Part shown: positions 17,828 to 27,245 of the stretch, one piece after another
Layout of the letters: each line of letters begins with the position of its first letter
Position numbering within the stretch: the stretch's first letter is position 1
NCBI GenBank assembly: GCA_039029515.1
Contig: JBCCFX010000017.1
Location: 1 to 30,329 of the forward strand
Direction: 5' to 3'
Origin: Planctomycetota bacterium
GTDB lineage: Bacteria > Planctomycetota > Phycisphaerae > Phycisphaerales > SM1A02
DNA: 30,329 nt
Notes under the pieces: model-generated
Databases searched by the model: none
Told to the model about the DNA's origin: nothing
The model's input: only the letters and a program-made list of their open reading frames with translations
Program-made: the position numbers and the translations under genes

Positions 17828-18619
17828 TCAGCCTGCGCGCTCGGATGGAATCGCCAGCGTGTTGAAACAGCACGCATCAAGCGCCTTGCGTTCCGACTTT
17901 GGTTGCGTCGGATCGAATAGTGCGTATGACGCATCACGCAGCAGCGACGTGATCTCCTGCTGTTGGTCTTCACCGACTTCGATATAGATCAACGGTCGAT
18001 GCTCACGCAACAGTGTTGCCGATCCACGCAGCACATCAACCTCGCCACCTTCGACATCGATCTTCACGACGTCCGGCGGCGCAAACCGAGCGAGCAGATG
18101 ATCCGTCGTGACCACCGGCACAAGGTGACGCTCGCGCACGCCGCCCATCTGCGATCGACCGCCCGCCGAGGCGAGCGCGTTCGAAGCACGTCCGCGCGCT
18201 GCGATCAGGAACTCCGCAACATGTGGCTCAGCGCCGACCGCAGCGGGCAGCGCTTCGACCGGCGCGACATCACCGGACTGCGATCGACCGGATCGTCGCA
18301 GCAGCTGCACGAGCCAGGTATCCGGCTCCACACAAAGGATGCGACCGCTGCTGCCCGCGCGGGCGGCCGCAGCAAAGCCGAACACACCAACGTTGGCACC
18401 GATGTCCCAGACCTTCATCCCGGGCGTGATGAGTTCTTCCGCAATCGCGAGCAGATCTTCCGGGAACGCCTTGCGGCCTCGCCGCAGATACCGCAGCGCA
18501 GCATCGGGCGTGACGAAGATCTCCGCCGTCGAAAACGGTTCGGGGAGACGTCGTCGAAGCACACGGCCTCGGGCAAGACGTTCAACGATTTGACGCACGG
18601 CAGACATCGAGGCGGCCAT
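17828..18619 (-). CDS. FkbM family methyltransferase
   Basis: VWDIGANVGVFGFAAA (SAM-binding motif I) and VVKIDVEGGEVDVLRG are diagnostic of the FkbM family. The ORF as given begins with a non-ATG codon at 18628; the first ATG is at 18619. Confidence 0.8.
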   Translation of the reverse strand: MAASMSAVRQIVERLARGRVLRRRLPEPFSTAEIFVTPDAALRYLRRGRKAFPEDLLAIAEELITPGMKVWDIGANVGVFGFAAAARAGSSGRILCVEPDTWLVQLLRRSGRSQSGDVAPVEALPAAVGAEPHVAEFLIAARGRASNALASAGGRSQMGGVRERHLVPVVTTDHLLARFAPPDVVKIDVEGGEVDVLRGSATLLREHRPLIYIEVGEDQQQEITSLLRDASYALFDPTQPKSERKALDACCFNTLAIPSERAG

Positions 18620-18818
18620 CCTACTCACGAGGCGGTACCAACGGCAACAGGATGCCGATCGCGATGCCGATTCGCCGCGGTTCTCCCCCGCTCATCGCAC
18701 CTCAAACGGGGTGATCTCCCCAAGGTCCAAACCGATACCCCAGTGCTACACTGACCCTTCTGATCGATCTGCCTGACCGGATTTCAGGCGAATCTGACGC
18801 CTCGCAAGGAGTCTGCCC

Positions 18819-20249
18819 GTGTTCATGCGAATGGTCTATGACGAAAAACTTGCTCAGGCCGCCTATCTGCTCGGTTGCCAGCGGACCGGCGAGGCCATCG
18901 TCATCGATCCCGAACGGGATGTGGACAGGTATATCGAGCTGGCAGCACGCCACGAACTCACGATCGTGGCCGTGGCCGAGACCCATATCCATGCCGACTT
19001 TCTCTCAGGCGCACGTGAACTCGCCGAACGCATCGGCGCTCGCGTCTACCTCTCTCATGAAGGCGGACCGGACTGGACGTACCAATGGCTCGATCAGCGA
19101 ACCGATGGTGGCACGTACGACCATGTCCTGCTGCATGATGGCGATGCCTTCACCGTCGGCAACATCCAGTTCAAGGTGATGCATACGCCAGGTCACACGC
19201 CGGAACACATCGCCTACCTCGTGACTGATCTCGGCAGCGGCGCAACCGAACCGATTGGCCTCATCACCGGCGACTTCGTCTTCGTCGGCGATCTCGGCCG
19301 GCCTGATCTTCTCGAAACCGCGGCAGGCCAACAGGGCGCCATGGAACCGTCAGCGCGCCGCCTGTTCCACACGGTCGACCGACTCGATCCTTTGCCGGAC
19401 TTCGTGCAGGTCTGGCCCGCGCACGGCGCGGGCAGCGCGTGCGGCAAGGCGCTCGGTGCGGTGCCGATGAGCACCATCGGGTACGAGAAACGATTCAACC
19501 CCGCGTTGCAGGCTGCGACGTCCGAACGTGAGTTCATCGACTTCATCCTGACCGGTCAGCCCGAGCCGCCAATGTACTTCGCGACGATGAAGCGGCTGAA
19601 CAAAGTCGGGCCGCCGGTCCTTGGCGGTCTCCCAACGCCAACACAATTGACGGTCGATGACCTGCTCGCACTCAACCCACAGCAAGTCGCGATCATCGAC
19701 GCTCGCCCGTGGGACGAATTTCGAGCGGGACACATCCCCGACACGCTCGCGATTCCGATGTCGCACACGTTCAACAGCGATGCGGGCTCATTCCTCGGCG
19801 AGCAGGATGAGATCTACCTCATTATCGACCCGGACAACCTCGACGAAGCCTTACGCGACCTTATCCGCGTCGGTCTCGATCAGGTTTGCGGCTGGGTTGA
19901 TGCCAACGAGCTTCGCGCCCGGACGGATCTCGCGTCTCGACTTCGGACGATTCCGGAAGTCACGGTTGAAGAAGCTCTGCAACTCGCCGAATCGCCTGAC
20001 GTCCAGGTTCTTGATGTGCGGCGCGCCACCGAGTTTGCCGAGGGTCATATTCCTCATGCGATCAACGTTGCCCACACGCGCATCGCAAGTCGGCTGGACG
20101 AAGTCCCGGGCGATCATCGCTTGCTCGTGAACTGTCGCACGGGCTGGCGTTCAGCGCGCACGAGCGCGTACCTTCGCCGACTTGGATTTGACGTCACGAA
20201 CCTCCAGGGAGGCATGCTGGCGTGGGAAGCCGCGCACGCGATGGCCTGA
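18819..20249 (+). CDS. persulfide dioxygenase-type MBL-fold domain fused to two rhodanese domains (CstB/Blh-like)
   Basis: N-terminal MBL fold with ETHIHADF and HTPGHTPEH. Two C-terminal rhodanese domains, the last with active-site Cys in NCRTGWRSART. AAGGAG RBS 7 nt upstream of GTG 18819. The three-domain, 476-aa layout matches CstB-like PDO-Rhod-Rhod fusions. Confidence 0.8.
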   Translation: MFMRMVYDEKLAQAAYLLGCQRTGEAIVIDPERDVDRYIELAARHELTIVAVAETHIHADFLSGARELAERIGARVYLSHEGGPDWTYQWLDQRTDGGTYDHVLLHDGDAFTVGNIQFKVMHTPGHTPEHIAYLVTDLGSGATEPIGLITGDFVFVGDLGRPDLLETAAGQQGAMEPSARRLFHTVDRLDPLPDFVQVWPAHGAGSACGKALGAVPMSTIGYEKRFNPALQAATSEREFIDFILTGQPEPPMYFATMKRLNKVGPPVLGGLPTPTQLTVDDLLALNPQQVAIIDARPWDEFRAGHIPDTLAIPMSHTFNSDAGSFLGEQDEIYLIIDPDNLDEALRDLIRVGLDQVCGWVDANELRARTDLASRLRTIPEVTVEEALQLAESPDVQVLDVRRATEFAEGHIPHAINVAHTRIASRLDEVPGDHRLLVNCRTGWRSARTSAYLRRLGFDVTNLQGGMLAWEAAHAMA

Positions 20250-20301
20250 GCATGTCCGAACCGACAACAACGGATGAGCAGCCGCATGGAGCGTTTTCGA
20301 G

Positions 20302-20874
20302 ATGACTGCATCAACAGGATCCGCCATCATGATTGACGTCACTCCGGCTACCCTCGCGCAATGGCTTGCCAACGGCAACGTGAAGCTGATTGACGTGCGC
20401 GAACCATTCGAACACGCGAATGAACGGATCGATGGTGCCGTCAATATTCCGATTGACACACTCCGGGCCGATGAACTTCGTGCGCACTCTGGCGATGCAC
20501 GTGTCGTCCTGCACTGCCGGACAGGTAAACGCTCGACGGAAGCATGTGAGCGATTCGCCGACGGTCAAGATATCTGCCACCTCGCGGGAGGTATTGAAGC
20601 CTGGAAGGCCGATGGTCGACCGACCGAGCGGAGTGCATCCGCGCCGCGACTGGACGTCATGCGGCAGGTGCAGATGACCGCCGGCTCGCTGGTGCTGATT
20701 GGCGTCATTGCCGGCAGTACGGTGTCGCCATGGCTCTACGGCATCAGTGCATTCGTCGGAGCCGGCCTCGTGTTTGCTGGCGCATCCGGTTGGTGCGGTA
20801 TGGCCAAACTGCTGGCGCGGATGCCGTGGAATCGCGTCAAGGCTGCGTCGTCGGGGACTCCATCGCACGCATGA
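20302..20874 (+). CDS. membrane-anchored rhodanese (rhodanese domain + DUF2892-type C-terminal TM region; YgaP-like)
   Basis: Rhodanese active-site loop HCRTGKRSTEA. C-terminal hydrophobic region LVLIGVIAGSTVSPWLYGISAFVGAGLVFAGASGWCG with a conserved Cys, as in YgaP/DUF2892. Confidence 0.8.
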   Translation: MTASTGSAIMIDVTPATLAQWLANGNVKLIDVREPFEHANERIDGAVNIPIDTLRADELRAHSGDARVVLHCRTGKRSTEACERFADGQDICHLAGGIEAWKADGRPTERSASAPRLDVMRQVQMTAGSLVLIGVIAGSTVSPWLYGISAFVGAGLVFAGASGWCGMAKLLARMPWNRVKAASSGTPSHA

Positions 20875-21634
20875 CATCGCGATACGTCACGAGCGTCACA
20901 TCGTTCCGCTCACGAAGCTGTTCGAGAAACCAGTATTTGTGCCAGGCGCCGAAGGTGATCAGCACGCGCTGCCCTGTGCCCGAAACATCATCCAGCGCCT
21001 CATCGATCAGCGCATAGTGCGCCGCGTTGATATTGGTCCAACCGCCCGCGCCGAGATCATCGTTGAAGTGTCGGTCATACGGCTCGAGCGCCTGCTTCAC
21101 CAACGCATCGTACCGATCGGTATGAATGCCCTCCGGCGACCCTGACAGTCCCTCACGCGCCATCACCTTTTCTGCTCCCTGCTGCGCGCGCTGAACTTCG
21201 GTTGACTCCATCGCGCGCGTTTCACGCCACCGCACCAACTTGGTCTGACGATCTTCAGCCATCGCTTGCGTCCACGCCGCACACGGCACAATGGTGAATC
21301 CGAGCTCCGCCTGCTGCGGGATGATCACATGGGTGTATTCGGGAAAGCGCAGGACGCGCGGTTCTGTCACCGCGCCAGAGTCTCGATAACTCGTCAGCGC
21401 TTCATCCAGACGGTCTGGCGGGATCTCCGCGAGCACCACATCCGGGTCATAGGCGCGCACCATCGCGTCGATCACGGCAGGGCCGTATGCCTCACTGGAC
21501 AGATGGTCCCCGTGAATCATGCCCATCACGAAGACCTCGGTCTTCAAACCACGCTGGCCGGCATCGCAGCCGACGAGCGTGGTGATCAGCATCAGGACAA
21601 AGAGCCCCCCGGCGTGTCGAACGGTGTGGCGCAT
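20837..21634 (-). CDS. hypothetical lipoprotein (possibly TraB/GumN/ChaN-like, Tiki superfamily; weak)
   Basis: Internal start MRHTVRHAGGLFVLMLITTLVGCDAG gives a lipoprotein signal with lipobox LVGC; the long ORF upstream of it looks like read-through. VFVMGMIHGDH and GAWHKYW motifs. Family assignment is tentative. Confidence 0.55.
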   Translation of the reverse strand: MRHTVRHAGGLFVLMLITTLVGCDAGQRGLKTEVFVMGMIHGDHLSSEAYGPAVIDAMVRAYDPDVVLAEIPPDRLDEALTSYRDSGAVTEPRVLRFPEYTHVIIPQQAELGFTIVPCAAWTQAMAEDRQTKLVRWRETRAMESTEVQRAQQGAEKVMAREGLSGSPEGIHTDRYDALVKQALEPYDRHFNDDLGAGGWTNINAAHYALIDEALDDVSGTGQRVLITFGAWHKYWFLEQLRERNDVTLVTYRDVMRAMESPTTQP

Positions 21635-21745
21635 AGTGCATTCTCCCGCGGGGCACTCTACGCGACGAAACTCCCCTGCCGCGGCAATTTCCGGCATCGT
21701 CGGCTTTCCGCTTGACATATTCCCATTCAAGCATATATTGAACCC

Positions 21746-22093
21746 ATGGCACGCACTGCGGCGACAACGGACATCTTCACGGCCATTGCCGAGCCGCATC
21801 GGCGTCGCATCCTGCAGTTTCTTGCTGCCGGCGAACAGGCCGTCAATGACATCGTGACGTTTCTTGCGATCGCGCAGCCACAGGTCTCCAAACACCTCTC
21901 GATCCTGAAGTCGGCGGGCCTGGTGTCCGTCCGTCCTGTCGGTCGCCAGCGTTTGTATCGCACAAACACGGAAGCGCTGAAGACCGTCCATGCGTGGACA
22001 TCCACCTTCGAACAGTACTGGGGCAACCAACTCAACGCGATCAAGGCATCGGCGGAAGCACAGGTCGATGCCAGTGAGCGCGCATCACACTGA
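21746..22093 (+). CDS. ArsR/SmtB family transcriptional regulator (cysteine-free)
   Basis: Winged-HTH segment IAEPHRRRILQFLAAGEQAVNDIVTFLAIAQPQVSKHLSILKSAGLV. The protein has no Cys residues. Confidence 0.85.
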   Translation: MARTAATTDIFTAIAEPHRRRILQFLAAGEQAVNDIVTFLAIAQPQVSKHLSILKSAGLVSVRPVGRQRLYRTNTEALKTVHAWTSTFEQYWGNQLNAIKASAEAQVDASERASH

Positions 22094-22129
22094 ACTCGAC
22101 GCGACAGCCTTGGATAAGGACCGCTCCTC

Positions 22130-22582
22130 ATGACGACCGCAATCGCTTCACTCCCTTCGGAATTCACGCTCGACATTGAACGTGACATTCGCATTGAAAC
22201 ACCGATCACCGTCGCGTTCGATGCGCTCGTTCGACAACTTGGCGCGGATGGCCAAGCGCCGGACGGGTCCTCCATGTCACTCGCGTTTGAAGCCTGGCCG
22301 GGCGGCCGGTGGTTTCGCGATCTCGGCGATGCCGGCGGACACCTCTGGGGTCACGTCCAGGTCATCAAGCCACCATCGCTGATCGAGATCACAGGCCCGA
22401 TGTTCATGAGCTATCCCGTCGTCTCGCACATTCAATACCGTCTCACCGAGACAGCTGGTGCCACGCAACTCACCTTACGTCACCGCGCGATGGGCATGAT
22501 CGAAGCCGATCACCGCGCCGGAGTTGGCGAGGGCTGGAATCATATGCTGCAGCAGATCCACGATATCGCCCTGTCATCCTGA
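22130..22582 (+). CDS. SRPBCC superfamily protein (AHSA1 / activator of Hsp90 ATPase-like domain)
   Basis: 150 aa. The common ArsR-AHSA1 gene pairing. Sequence consistent with a START/Bet v1-like fold. 36-bp gap from arsR, so probably co-operonic. Confidence 0.75.
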   Translation: MTTAIASLPSEFTLDIERDIRIETPITVAFDALVRQLGADGQAPDGSSMSLAFEAWPGGRWFRDLGDAGGHLWGHVQVIKPPSLIEITGPMFMSYPVVSHIQYRLTETAGATQLTLRHRAMGMIEADHRAGVGEGWNHMLQQIHDIALSS

Positions 22583-22633
22583 CCTCAGACGAAATATGCC
22601 CGCGCATGCGGGCGTTCTCGGAGCGCATACACC

Positions 22634-23173
22634 ATGACTCACGCACAGATGATGATCGAAGAACTGCAGCAGGAATCAGCAACCACGCGGCGTTTCCTCG
22701 AACAGATCCCGGCTGACAAGCTCACCTGGAAGCCACATGACAAGTCCATGGCGGCCGGCCAGCTGGCGATGCACGTGGCCACAATCCCCGGCATGATTGC
22801 GTCCATGGTTCTTGAAGACCGCGTCCCCGCGCCAGACTTCAGCGTCGGTTTCCCCCAACCAGACGAACTCGACGCCGTTCTTCGCGCACATGATGACGCG
22901 GTGACAACCGCCACCGATGCACTTGCGCAGTTTGACGATGCGAAGATGAGCACCATGTGGCGCATGATGGCCGGTGACATCGAACTGTTCGCTATGCCGC
23001 GTGCGGCGTTCTTGCGCAGCGTGCTCTTCAATCACTTGTATCACCACCGAGGCCAGCTCGGCGTCTACCTGCGCCTGCTCGGTGCAACCGTACCGTCTGC
23101 ATACGGACCGAGCGGCGATGAAACGCCGCCCGATTTCGAGAAGATGATGGAAGTCATTGCCGCGCACGCCTGA
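22634..23173 (+). CDS. DinB/YfiT-like (DinB_2) four-helix-bundle metalloprotein
   Basis: LAMHVATIPGMIA...FNHLYHHRGQLGVYLR shows the His-containing helices typical of DinB_2/DUF664. Confidence 0.75.
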   Translation: MTHAQMMIEELQQESATTRRFLEQIPADKLTWKPHDKSMAAGQLAMHVATIPGMIASMVLEDRVPAPDFSVGFPQPDELDAVLRAHDDAVTTATDALAQFDDAKMSTMWRMMAGDIELFAMPRAAFLRSVLFNHLYHHRGQLGVYLRLLGATVPSAYGPSGDETPPDFEKMMEVIAAHA

Positions 23174-23201
23174 GGCGCGCACGGCAACGATCATTGCGTT
23201 A

Positions 23202-24848
23202 TCACGACGAGGGGTGATCCGGCTTCGATGACGGCCGGCGAACGATCGTCGGCATGCTGTTGTCTGCGTCGTCATCGTCATCGGTTTCATCGACACGTCC
23301 AAGCGCGCCGGGAAGTTCGATTCCGGCCTGCTTTGCGAGTTCGTGCACCGCGGGCAGTGAACCAATCATGCCCGACAGGAAATCCGCCGTCGCGCCTTTG
23401 GCCCCGGCTTCGCCGTTCGCACCGGCACCACCGCGACCGCTGTCCCAGACAGTGATCTTGTCGATCTGCAGGTTGGAGATCGCCTTGACTTGCTCTCGGA
23501 CAAGCTCCGGCAGCTGTTCGATCAGCAACAGCGTTGGTGCGACCTGCGGGTTGTCCGCCGCCGCTTCCATGAGTTGACGATACCCTTCCGCCTTCGCTTC
23601 CAGCACCTTGCGAACACCTTCCGCTTCCGCTTCGTACTTCGCAAGGATCGCATCGGCTTCACCGCGCGCTTCGCGACGCGTGCGTTCGGCTTCGGCTTCT
23701 GCGGCGATTTCGATCTTCTGCTTTTCGATTTCCTGCGGCGCGAGGACATCCTTGGCCAGTCGCGCGAGCTCCTGTTCACGTTCAGCACGCAATGCTGCTT
23801 CGCGGCCTTGCGCTGCGGCGACCTCGGCACGACGTCGCGCTTCCGCTTCGACTTCACGGAGCTTTGCGGTCGTTTCCGCGATCGACTCCCGCGATTCGTT
23901 TTCGCCTGCGACGGCCTGCGCTTCCGCATCCGCGACCTTGATGCGCTGGGCCTGTTCGGCACGCTTCTGTGCCGCGACGGTCTCCGCCTCGCGCTCCGCG
24001 ATTGCAATCTCCTGGTTTCGACGCGATTCCGCTTCGCCGGTGATCGCGTTCGCTTCGAGCGCGGCCACCGCGACACGCTGCTTCTGTTCAGCCTGCTTTT
24101 CGCCTTCAGTCGCTGACGCACGTTCGCTGGCGACGTTGACCGTCTGCTCACGAACCGCGATCGCTTCGCCGGTCGCACCGTCACGTTCCTGTTGCGCCAC
24201 ATCGACCTTGGCCTGGTTGATGGCCTCGGCGGCCGCACGCTGACCAATCGCGCGAATGTACCCGGATTCATCGGTGATATCGCGGATGTTCACGTTGATC
24301 AGTTCGAGACCGATCTTGTTGATTTCCTGGGCAACGTTCTCGTTGATCAGGCCCATGAACTTCTCGCGGTCCTTGTTGATTTCCTCAATCGACAAGGTCG
24401 CGATCACCAGGCGCAACTGGCCGAGAATGATGTCTTGTGCCTGATCGCGGATCTGCTGCACGGTCAGCATGAGCAAACGCTCGGCCGCATTGTTCATCAG
24501 GATCGGATCGGTCGACACACCAACCGTAAACGTCGAAGGCACATTCACACGAATGTTGTTCAGCGACAGTGCGCCCTCCAACGGAATTTCGATCACCACC
24601 GGTTCAAGCGAGAGGAACGCATAGTCCTGCACCAGCGGCACGACGAACGCACCACCGCCATGCAGACACTTCGAAGCCTTCCGGCCGCCGACCTTACCGT
24701 ACACCACAAGGATTCGGTTTGACGGACATCGCTTGTACTGCTTGACCAGAATGATCAGGACGAAGAACAGCAGCAACAGCACACTGGCAATGATGAAGAA
24801 AGGAACGATGTATTGCGTTGGATTCGCGTTCGCGATGAGCATGGACAT
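23202..24848 (-). CDS. flotillin family SPFH protein (YqiK/FloT-like) with EA-rich coiled-coil
   Basis: N-terminal membrane hairpin FFIIASVLLLLFFVLIILV. SPFH domain. Long AEAEAR/EAxxRA coiled-coil repeats. 548 aa. Confidence 0.9.
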   Translation of the reverse strand: MSMLIANANPTQYIVPFFIIASVLLLLFFVLIILVKQYKRCPSNRILVVYGKVGGRKASKCLHGGGAFVVPLVQDYAFLSLEPVVIEIPLEGALSLNNIRVNVPSTFTVGVSTDPILMNNAAERLLMLTVQQIRDQAQDIILGQLRLVIATLSIEEINKDREKFMGLINENVAQEINKIGLELINVNIRDITDESGYIRAIGQRAAAEAINQAKVDVAQQERDGATGEAIAVREQTVNVASERASATEGEKQAEQKQRVAVAALEANAITGEAESRRNQEIAIAEREAETVAAQKRAEQAQRIKVADAEAQAVAGENESRESIAETTAKLREVEAEARRRAEVAAAQGREAALRAEREQELARLAKDVLAPQEIEKQKIEIAAEAEAERTRREARGEADAILAKYEAEAEGVRKVLEAKAEGYRQLMEAAADNPQVAPTLLLIEQLPELVREQVKAISNLQIDKITVWDSGRGGAGANGEAGAKGATADFLSGMIGSLPAVHELAKQAGIELPGALGRVDETDDDDDADNSMPTIVRRPSSKPDHPSS

Positions 24849-24914
24849 GCAATGTTCTCCCGGTGGATCGCGCCGTAAATGGCGATTCGTCTCGATTCAG
24901 CGTGCCGGCGAACG

Positions 24915-25514
24915 TCAGATGACGTGCACCGTCACGGTGTTGTCCTTATTGACCCGGCTGACTTTCACGCGTGTACCGGATTGAATGGGGTCGCCGCCAG
25001 TCGTGGCATCAAAGCCGCGATGACGATCTCGAATGGTCAGGCGAACGCGACCGGTGCCATCACCGTTGCCCGGGATGGATGTCTCGGCCACGCCTTCGGC
25101 GTTCAGTGCATCCGACAGGCTGATGTTGCCCGATGACTCCATCGCGTACATCAACTTGAAGCACCACACGATGAACCAGGCGAATGCCACGCCGACACCG
25201 ACGCCCATGACGAGCGACCAGAGCATCGAGAGTTCAAACGTCTTGAGGCCAAGCAGACCGCCCCAGCCGAATCCCATCGCGAACGCAGTGATCGTCTGCA
25301 GGGACAGGAACTTGAACACGGACGTGGATTCCGCGTGGTCGAATCCCTCATCGATCGGGGCGTCCATATCGACGGCACCGACATCGCCATCAGCACCATC
25401 GCCGAAGTCAATGCCGAGCAACGACATACCAAGACGCGCCATGAAGAACAACGTTCCGATGACGGCAGGGACACCAAACCAGACGGCCAACGGGCCGAAA
25501 AGCAAGTCGAACAT
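24915..25514 (-). CDS. NfeD-like (YqiJ-type) membrane protein with C-terminal OB-fold, partner of flotillin
   Basis: Starts at an internal ATG (MFDLLFGPLAVWFGVPAVIGTLFFMARLG). Several TM helices. C-terminal beta-barrel GRVRLTIRDRHRGFDATTGGDPIQSGTRVKVSRVNKDNTVTVHVI. Lies directly upstream of flotillin, as in yqiJK operons. Confidence 0.8.
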   Translation of the reverse strand: MFDLLFGPLAVWFGVPAVIGTLFFMARLGMSLLGIDFGDGADGDVGAVDMDAPIDEGFDHAESTSVFKFLSLQTITAFAMGFGWGGLLGLKTFELSMLWSLVMGVGVGVAFAWFIVWCFKLMYAMESSGNISLSDALNAEGVAETSIPGNGDGTGRVRLTIRDRHRGFDATTGGDPIQSGTRVKVSRVNKDNTVTVHVI

Positions 25515-25670
25515 GACACACCCCTTCCGCGCGGATGCTCCGCGCAGGACCACATCATTGTCGCGAACCCCTCGCGACACGCACATTATGCCGGATGGGA
25601 GCGATACGCACAGTTCCCGATCAGGCCGAATTGCGACATGTCCGCTCCCGGCTGCGCGAGTAACTTCATC

Positions 25671-27245
25671 ATGCCCCACTCTGTCACGACCGCGTGGTAC
25701 AGTGCGACAGTGATCTCTCGACGTTGCATTCACGATCCGGCGATCAGATGCGGTGCCGCAATCGTCGTCCTCTTGCTCACCTCCGTTGGCACAGCTGGCC
25801 AGCGCACCGCACCGGTCATACAGGAATCGGAAACGTCTCGGTACACCGTGTCAGCCGTGCACGGCACGTTCGTCGAGCCTGGCAAACTGGACGGACTCCG
25901 CCGTGAATTCCGAGATGTGCGCGGCCGCCTGATTCGCTGGCAGGAACTTGACGCGGACATTCGGCCGCGCGTGACCTGGATTGGCGTGTACGACGGCACA
26001 TCGAAGTCGCCATCGCGCGCTGCTTACTGGATCAAAGACGAACTGATGCCGTATCCGGAGCTGTTCGTGACGAGTCCGGATGGACGATACCGGGACGTCT
26101 ATTACGGCGCGGTTGGCGAATGGCCACGACGGCAGATTCGCGACCATCTCGACGACGCGGGCCGCGAGATCTACCAACAGTACTACGCACCCAAGTCTCA
26201 GGAGTTCTACAGCGAAGAACTCTACGCGTATGACGCATTCGGGAATGAGATCAGCCGAACGTGGCGACGCCTCGACGGAACTGAAGAGCGCGCAACTCGG
26301 TTCGAGATCATCGGGATGACGCCACATGGCCACTGGACGCATCGTCTCGTGTTTATCAACGATGAACTCACCTACCGTGACCTCAGGACGATCACGTATA
26401 GCGAGACAAAGATCGAAACGCCGCCGGCGTCTCAAGGCCCGGTTGATGCTCCGCCGCGCATCCTTCCTGCCCCATTTGCTCCCGGCATCATTGCCACCGA
26501 GCGAGGCAATGAGAATACGTTGACCCTCACCGCGGATCGCCGGGCCGCAGTGTTCACACGCTATAGCGATGACTGGACACAGCAGAATGCCATGATCTCG
26601 ATCTGGCGTGATGGGATGTGGCGCGACGCTGAAGTGATCCCCGCCGCCCGAGATATTTACAACATCGCGTTTGCGAATGCCGAGGGGACACGCCTCTTGA
26701 TGTGCCGGCGTAAACCCTACGCAGATGCTGGCGTCTACATCATTGAACGCACGGCCGACGGATGGAGCGAACCGACGGTCATTCCCGACTTCGAAGGGTA
26801 TTACTTCAACGTCCATGATGACGGCACGATGTACTTCCACCGCAATGGTGATCTGTATCGCGGCACGCTTGACGGATCAGTCGTCAGTGACATCAGGCCG
26901 CTCGGCGCTCCGATCAATACCAAGAACGGCGTGGAGTTTGGCGCGTGGGTGGATATGGCCGGAAACCGGATTATCTTCACGCGGAACTCTGGAGACCGCG
27001 GCAACAACGGCGTCTTTGTCGCTCATCGCGTCGATGGTCGTTGGACGGAACCACGCAAACTTCCGATTCGCTACGGCTGGAGTCCGATCATCACATCCGA
27101 TGGCCTCGACTTCATCTACACCACCGATGATGACATCTGCCGCATTCCGGTACCGCTCCTGAAGTTCTATCTGGACCCGTCGGACAACTTCCCGCCGATT
27201 CCACCGAACCCAGTTGATGCACTCAACACGACAGGAGGATCATGA
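25671..27245 (+). CDS. secreted beta-propeller (PD40/TolB-like repeat) protein; start uncertain (ATG 25638 or 25671)
   Basis: N-terminal region with RR and hydrophobic core AIRCGAAIVVLLLTSVGTAGQ (signal, possibly Tat-like). C-terminal repeats with W-(S/T)-EP spacing (GWSEPTVIP, RWTEPRKLP). Upstream ORF extension overlaps nfeD and was rejected. Confidence 0.65.
   Translation: MPHSVTTAWYSATVISRRCIHDPAIRCGAAIVVLLLTSVGTAGQRTAPVIQESETSRYTVSAVHGTFVEPGKLDGLRREFRDVRGRLIRWQELDADIRPRVTWIGVYDGTSKSPSRAAYWIKDELMPYPELFVTSPDGRYRDVYYGAVGEWPRRQIRDHLDDAGREIYQQYYAPKSQEFYSEELYAYDAFGNEISRTWRRLDGTEERATRFEIIGMTPHGHWTHRLVFINDELTYRDLRTITYSETKIETPPASQGPVDAPPRILPAPFAPGIIATERGNENTLTLTADRRAAVFTRYSDDWTQQNAMISIWRDGMWRDAEVIPAARDIYNIAFANAEGTRLLMCRRKPYADAGVYIIERTADGWSEPTVIPDFEGYYFNVHDDGTMYFHRNGDLYRGTLDGSVVSDIRPLGAPINTKNGVEFGAWVDMAGNRIIFTRNSGDRGNNGVFVAHRVDGRWTEPRKLPIRYGWSPIITSDGLDFIYTTDDDICRIPVPLLKFYLDPSDNFPPIPPNPVDALNTTGGS

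Noticed and set aside
21746-22093. ArsR regulator as a BigR/SqrR-type persulfide sensor for the adjacent PDO-rhodanese genes
   Set aside because: The protein has no cysteine residues. BigR/SqrR sensing needs two conserved Cys. It is more likely a generic ArsR paired with the AHSA1/SRPBCC gene.
23490-24271. Several 200-250-aa ORFs on both strands within the flotillin coiled-coil region
   Set aside because: Out-of-frame or antisense reads through the repetitive GC-rich EA/AR-repeat region. The translations are low-complexity (R/S/A-rich). The flotillin frame has the real SPFH domain.
25335-25670. Upstream extension of the beta-propeller ORF (start at 25335)
   Set aside because: The extension overlaps the nfeD 5' coding region in antisense and gives over 100 aa before the hydrophobic signal core. 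The internal ATGs at 25638 and 25671 place the signal peptide at the N-terminus.
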